Source of the DNA: Bacteroidota bacterium
GTDB taxonomy: Bacteria > Bacteroidota > Bacteroidia > Flavobacteriales > Flavobacteriaceae
Direction of reading: 5' to 3'
NCBI GenBank assembly: GCA_023437485.1
Contig: JAEZGB010000065.1
Location: 1 to 43,268 of the forward strand
Length of the DNA: 43,268 bases
Of the stretch, positions 38,732 through 43,268 are shown one piece after another. A program made the position numbers and the translations under genes. How positions within the stretch are numbered: position 1 is the stretch's first letter; every line of letters starts with the position of its first letter. The notes under the pieces are model-generated. The model made no database searches and was not told where the DNA came from. It was given only the letters and a program-made list of their open reading frames with translations.

Positions 38732-39040
38732 ATGATGAAAGATTCATTCAGGGCCGTTTTTGAGGCATTGGCCACCGCAGGTTATTCTGAGAAACTGGCA
38801 AATGAGGCAGGGACTCCCATCGACTTTAAGTTTACACCTTATTCACTCAATACCAAGCTGAGTTTCCGCTTTGACAATGCCGAGGATTTCTTCGATTTCC
38901 TTGAAGCGTCTGGCAATGTATTGGGCGAGGCCAAAAAAGAATCAATACGGGTGGCCATCACCGAACTTGGGCTGAATCCGGCTGAATTCTTCTGGGTTAA
39001 CTTTTATGAAGCCGGCAAAGAAACGGAAATGGAAATGTAA
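38732..39040 (+). CDS. Hypothetical protein
   Basis: 102-aa ORF, AT-rich leader, coupled (TAATG) to next gene. Confidence 0.7.
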   Translation: MMKDSFRAVFEALATAGYSEKLANEAGTPIDFKFTPYSLNTKLSFRFDNAEDFFDFLEASGNVLGEAKKESIRVAITELGLNPAEFFWVNFYEAGKETEMEM

Positions 39041-40131
39041 TGAAAAACGTTCCCATCCAGAATGTAAACGCTGCTCTCATTTTTACAGTGCTCACAATCA
39101 TTTTGTTATACCTGGGAAAACCATTCCTGGTACCGTTGTTTTTTGCGATCCTGCTGGCGATGCTTATGCTCCCGGTTTGCAATAAACTTGAATCCTGGGG
39201 TTTGAGCCGGATTTGGGCAACAATTGCCGGAGTGGTCATCATCGTGCTCTTTGGTGCATTGCTTATTTGGGTGGTGGCGGCGCAACTTGCCGGAATGGCC
39301 GAAGACTGGCCGAAAATGCAGGCAACTTTGGAGCGAATCATAGCGCAGGCCCAATCATGGGTGGAAGATCATTACGGATTGGATCCCGGCGAGCAGAACA
39401 CCTACCTTCAAAAAGGCGCGAGCAAAGCATCGGACGGGGCGGGCCAATTCATAAAGTCTACTTTGCAAGGCGCGATGGGGATCCTGACAGGATTTGCGCT
39501 CACTTTGCTGTACTTTTTCTTCCTGATGTGGAAACGCGAAAAATACCGCGACTTCTTCCTCAAACTGGCCGATCCGGAGAACCGTGGTGAGGTAGGCCGC
39601 GAACTAGATGAAATCTCCAAAGTTTCAGGTCAATATCTCATCGGAAGGCTGATTTCAATGGGCTTTTTGGCGCTTTGCTACGGAATTGGGTTTAGTATTC
39701 TGGGGCTGGAAAACGCAATCCTGATCTCGTTGGTTGCGGTTATACCCACGCTGATTCCCTATGTCGGCTCCATTCTGGGAGGGATTATAGTGGTGGCAAT
39801 GTCATTGCTGGGAGGCGCACAGGACATCATTTTTCCAATCATAGTAATCCTTGTCGTCGCACAGATTATTGACAACAATATCATTGAACCCCTGGTTGAA
39901 GGCGAAAGCCTTGGAATAAGCCCCATCTTCACCATAATTGCCATTGTTTTGGGCGAAATGATTTGGGGAGTGGCGGGAATGATTCTTTTTATCCCAATGT
40001 TCGCCATTGCCAAGATTGTTTGCGACCATATCCCGGCGCTTCATCCGTATGGTTTTTTGCTCAACAACGAATTGGAAAAACCCGAATGGATCAGCCGGAT
40101 CAAAGACTGGTTCAGCAGTTCCAAAAAATAG
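39040..40131 (+). CDS. AI-2E family transporter
   Basis: PLFFAILLA..P, IPYVG, QIIDNNIIEP, WGVAGMILFIP. Confidence 0.92.
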   Translation: MKNVPIQNVNAALIFTVLTIILLYLGKPFLVPLFFAILLAMLMLPVCNKLESWGLSRIWATIAGVVIIVLFGALLIWVVAAQLAGMAEDWPKMQATLERIIAQAQSWVEDHYGLDPGEQNTYLQKGASKASDGAGQFIKSTLQGAMGILTGFALTLLYFFFLMWKREKYRDFFLKLADPENRGEVGRELDEISKVSGQYLIGRLISMGFLALCYGIGFSILGLENAILISLVAVIPTLIPYVGSILGGIIVVAMSLLGGAQDIIFPIIVILVVAQIIDNNIIEPLVEGESLGISPIFTIIAIVLGEMIWGVAGMILFIPMFAIAKIVCDHIPALHPYGFLLNNELEKPEWISRIKDWFSSSKK

Positions 40132-40251
40132 CGGGTTTACAGAATTTCACAACCCGAAAGCCGATCGGATATTCAAATAATATAACAAATCCGTAAAATT
40201 ATGGAACGCAGGAGTAGCGTTGATTCGCTTCATTTGTATCGTACAAAATGA

Positions 40252-40608
40252 ATGAGTGAACAATCAATGAAGCCAGCGATGACGGTAACCACAACACTTA
40301 CAAACAATCCTTATTGCAAGGTTCGCAATGAGGTAATCAACATCAGTTACGGCAACAGGAGTTATGAAGTACCTGTTGAAAAAGTAAGTAAAATGTATCT
40401 TTCACGCAAAAAGAGAAATTATCTTTCGTTTATTCCGGGGATGAAGATTTTTTCGCTTGATACAAACTACAACCTGTCAATCAAAACCCGTGACGGCAAA
40501 GACCTCAACATTCCCGTGAAGGCGTTTGAAAAACAGCATTTCGTGGGGCTGATATCATATGTCCGAAGTAAGATGCGCAAGACGCAACCCGAAACCAAAC
40601 TAAATTAA
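40252..40608 (+). CDS. Hypothetical protein
   Basis: 118-aa ORF followed by terminator; no recognised motif. Confidence 0.65.
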   Translation: MSEQSMKPAMTVTTTLTNNPYCKVRNEVINISYGNRSYEVPVEKVSKMYLSRKKRNYLSFIPGMKIFSLDTNYNLSIKTRDGKDLNIPVKAFEKQHFVGLISYVRSKMRKTQPETKLN

Positions 40609-40631
40609 GGCATGCATCGCATGCTTTTTTT
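40607..40631 (+). terminator. Intrinsic terminator
   Basis: AAGGCATGC-ATC-GCATGCTTTTTTT. Confidence 0.7.
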
Positions 40632-40675
40632 ATGTGTGGCCAAATTTTGTAATTTACCCCAATAATTCCAGCCGC

Positions 40676-42070
40676 ATGACCAAATTCATCCTCTCACTGT
40701 TTATCGCTTCATTTTTTGCCTGCAGTACTGACCAGCCGGCCATGGCGCAGGTGCCGCTGGACAATCATCCGGTCTTTGATCTCTCACGCGTTCCTGAAAT
40801 AGAACTTTCGGTCTCGCTTGAACAATGGAATAGGCTGCTTTCGAATTTTGACCAAAACCCAAAAAACGAGAAAAAGATCGTGGCTGCCTTTTCATACAAA
40901 ACCGGGGGCGAAACCGTTATTCTTGACAGCATCGGGCTCAAATTACGGGGCAATACCAGCCGCCGCAGGCCTGAGGGGAGCGCGGGCCAGTTGCACGATG
41001 CCGCCAATCCGGACTGGCATCATTGTCACTTTGGGATCGATTTTGACAAAAACCGGCCCGGACAAAACTTTAAAGGACTCACCAAACTCAACCTTAAATG
41101 GTTTAAAGACGATGCGACTTACGCCCGCGAAATTTACAGTTATGACCTATTTAGGCGATTCGGTGTTTGGACAGCCCCACGTGCCTCATACTGCCGGCTG
41201 ACGATCAACGTGGAGGGCGATCAAAAGCCCGCGTACTTCGGGGTCTATGCCATGATTGAAAGTGTAGACGAGAAGTACATCGCCGCAAGGTCTACCCATT
41301 GGGGGCCGGCGGTCGGGTTTATGTGGAAGGGCAGCCACATCGGCACATTCCAGCCTGATTTTGTATCCACTCAAAGCATGGGTGTGGAGGACGTCAAGAT
41401 GAACCCTTCCAAATCCAAATATTACGCCTATGATTTAAAAACGCGCAAAGATGAAATTGCGTCCGCAAAAGCATCACTCACTCAATTTATCACGGACCTA
41501 AACGCCAAACAGGGCCAGGAATTCCAAACCTGGATCAGCAGTAAAATGGACATCGACCTTTTCCTGAAAACCTATGCGACTAACATCATGCTGGGGATGT
41601 GGGACGATTATTGGGTCAATACCAACAACTTTTACTTTTATATCGCCCCTGACCAAAAGGCATATTTTATCCCGTACGATTATGACAATTCACTGGGAAC
41701 CTCGATGATTGTGCCCAATTCCGGATTGCAGGACCCGCTAAACTGGGGGCCACAATCACGGCCGCTCGTTGCCAAGATCCTCGCCGTGGAGCCCTTTCGG
41801 GAAAAGTTCAAAAAATATATTTCGGAACTTTCGTCAAGCAAAAAAGACCTTTTTGACCCCGCAAAAAGCAAGCAGAGAATCCTGAGCTGGCACACACTAA
41901 TCGGCCCGCACATAAACAACGACACAGGTGAGGATATGTCAATTGGCGACACCCCGGCCGGTTGGGGCAACGCACCGTTTTACAGGCTGCTTTCAGGCAA
42001 CGATAAAGGTGGCGCCGACGGGCCCGCCAATTATTTCAGCACCCGAATCAAATCTATCCAATGGCAATGA
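40676..42070 (+). CDS. CotH kinase family lipoprotein
   Basis: FFAC lipobox; KLRGNTSR, YFGVYAMIE, WDDY..NNFY, IPYDYDNSLG. Confidence 0.85.
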   Translation: MTKFILSLFIASFFACSTDQPAMAQVPLDNHPVFDLSRVPEIELSVSLEQWNRLLSNFDQNPKNEKKIVAAFSYKTGGETVILDSIGLKLRGNTSRRRPEGSAGQLHDAANPDWHHCHFGIDFDKNRPGQNFKGLTKLNLKWFKDDATYAREIYSYDLFRRFGVWTAPRASYCRLTINVEGDQKPAYFGVYAMIESVDEKYIAARSTHWGPAVGFMWKGSHIGTFQPDFVSTQSMGVEDVKMNPSKSKYYAYDLKTRKDEIASAKASLTQFITDLNAKQGQEFQTWISSKMDIDLFLKTYATNIMLGMWDDYWVNTNNFYFYIAPDQKAYFIPYDYDNSLGTSMIVPNSGLQDPLNWGPQSRPLVAKILAVEPFREKFKKYISELSSSKKDLFDPAKSKQRILSWHTLIGPHINNDTGEDMSIGDTPAGWGNAPFYRLLSGNDKGGADGPANYFSTRIKSIQWQ

Positions 42071-42549
42071 AAAGGGTCCTGATATTGCTGATGCTGTCAA
42101 CCTTTATGGCGGCCAGTGCCCAAAAAGACAAGCAGGAAATTGCGCAAACTCTCGATGCCTGGCACCTTGCCGCGGCGCAAGCGCAATTTGACCAATACTT
42201 TTCATTTATGGCACCCGAAGCGATTTACATCGGAACAGACTCAGAGGAAAACTGGACCGTTCCGCAGTTTAAACAATTCGCCAAACCATATTTTGACAAG
42301 GGTTCGGCATGGAATTTCAAGCCGGTGCAACGCAACATCTATATTAAAGGTGATATCGCCTGGTTTGACGAACTGCTTGATACGTGGATGAAGTTGTGCC
42401 GCGGTTCAGGGGTTATGCAAAAAATAAATGGAAAATGGCTGATCACTCATTACGTATTGTCAATGACCATTCCAAATGACAATGTAAATGAAGTCATCAA
42501 AATAATCTCGCCGCTTCAGGATGCGGCACTGCAAAAAATCACAAACTAA
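42067..42549 (+). CDS. SnoaL/NTF2-like secreted protein
   Basis: Signal peptide; LDAWHLAAA, GTDSEENW, AWFDELL, RGSGV, HYVLS; ATG 42067 overlaps upstream stop. Confidence 0.85.
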   Translation: MKRVLILLMLSTFMAASAQKDKQEIAQTLDAWHLAAAQAQFDQYFSFMAPEAIYIGTDSEENWTVPQFKQFAKPYFDKGSAWNFKPVQRNIYIKGDIAWFDELLDTWMKLCRGSGVMQKINGKWLITHYVLSMTIPNDNVNEVIKIISPLQDAALQKITN

Positions 42550-42552
42550 CTA

Positions 42553-43268
42553 TTACCTGAGATTTCTGATCATGATACCGGCCATTTCGGCAAGGCCGTA
42601 CTGATGCTGCCAGCCCCAATCATCCCGCGCCGCCGAATCATCGATGCTCGCCGGCCAACTGTCGGCAATTTGCTGACGGAAATCCGGTTTATAGGTTATC
42701 GTAAAATCAGGCAGATGCTTTTTGATTTCGTCAGCAATCTCCTTTGGCGTAAAGCTCATCGCGGCCAAATTGTAAGATGATCGGATTTTTATCGCATTGG
42801 CTGGAGCATCCATAATCCCAATGGTAGCGCGAATCGCATCATCCATATACATCATCGGCATTCTTGTATCCTCCTTCAGGAAGCACTCGTAAGTTCTATC
42901 AGACAGGGCTTTGTGGAAAATATCAACCGCATAGTCGGTGGTTCCTCCGCCCGGTGGCGAAGTGTAACTGATCAGGCCAGGGTATCGGATACTGCGGACA
43001 TCGACACCAAAAACCCGGTGGTAATACTCACACCAACGCTCGCCCGCCTGTTTACTGATCCCGTAGACGGTCGAGGGCTCGGCGACAGTGTACTGCGGGG
43101 TCATGTCTTTGGGCGTGGTGGGCCCGAATACCGCGATGCTCGAGGGCCAGAAAACTTTTTTGACCTTGCCCGCCTTGGCAATGTTAAGCACGTGGAACAG
43201 CGAATTCATGTTCAGGTCCCATGCAAAGGCCGGATTCTTCTCGGCAGTGGCCGACAATAGTGCCGCCA
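42553..43268 (-). CDS. NAD-dependent epimerase/dehydratase family, probable L-threonine 3-dehydrogenase (5' part outside window)
   Basis: Frame open to window edge (AALLSATAEKNP); PSSIAVFG, YGISK, GGGTTDYA, RQQIADSWP. Confidence 0.88.
   Translation of the reverse strand, partial: AALLSATAEKNPAFAWDLNMNSLFHVLNIAKAGKVKKVFWPSSIAVFGPTTPKDMTPQYTVAEPSTVYGISKQAGERWCEYYHRVFGVDVRSIRYPGLISYTSPPGGGTTDYAVDIFHKALSDRTYECFLKEDTRMPMMYMDDAIRATIGIMDAPANAIKIRSSYNLAAMSFTPKEIADEIKKHLPDFTITYKPDFRQQIADSWPASIDDSAARDDWGWQHQYGLAEMAGIMIRNLR

Noticed and set aside
40634..42070. CotH as evidence of sporulation
   Set aside because: CotH-like kinases are widespread as exported proteins in non-sporulating Bacteroidetes

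Overview
Bacteroidetes (Flavobacterium-like) chromosomal segment. The first ~25.5 kb is an anaerobic N2O/NO-respiration island. It holds a clade II nos operon (cytochrome c, nosZ, nosB-nosL fusion, nosD, nosF, nosY, group III truncated haemoglobin) and a NorC/NorB-like haem-copper oxidoreductase pair whose active-site residues are non-canonical. It also holds an OprC-like copper TonB receptor module, a Crp/Fnr regulator, Ric, hemerythrin and CopD-like genes, and O2-independent biosynthesis genes (class III RNR with the glycyl-radical loop on a separate 53-aa ORF, nrdG, nadA, nadB, hemN). An uncharacterised 593-aa nitronate-monooxygenase/FabX-like flavoprotein and two paralogous His-motif membrane proteins complete the island. 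Six copies of a palindrome ATGAY-N4-RTCAT sit 22-23 nt from Bacteroidetes -7 promoter elements of all eight island transcription units, defining a probable regulon. From 25.5 to 35.2 kb is a signalling cluster containing a 2127-aa poly-HAMP hybrid histidine kinase (276-bp repeats). The rest is ordinary accessory/housekeeping genes (M13 peptidase, AI-2E transporter, CotH-like, SnoaL-like, partial threonine dehydrogenase). No rRNA, tRNA, CRISPR or mobile element was seen. All calls come from reading motifs by eye; no database searches were run.
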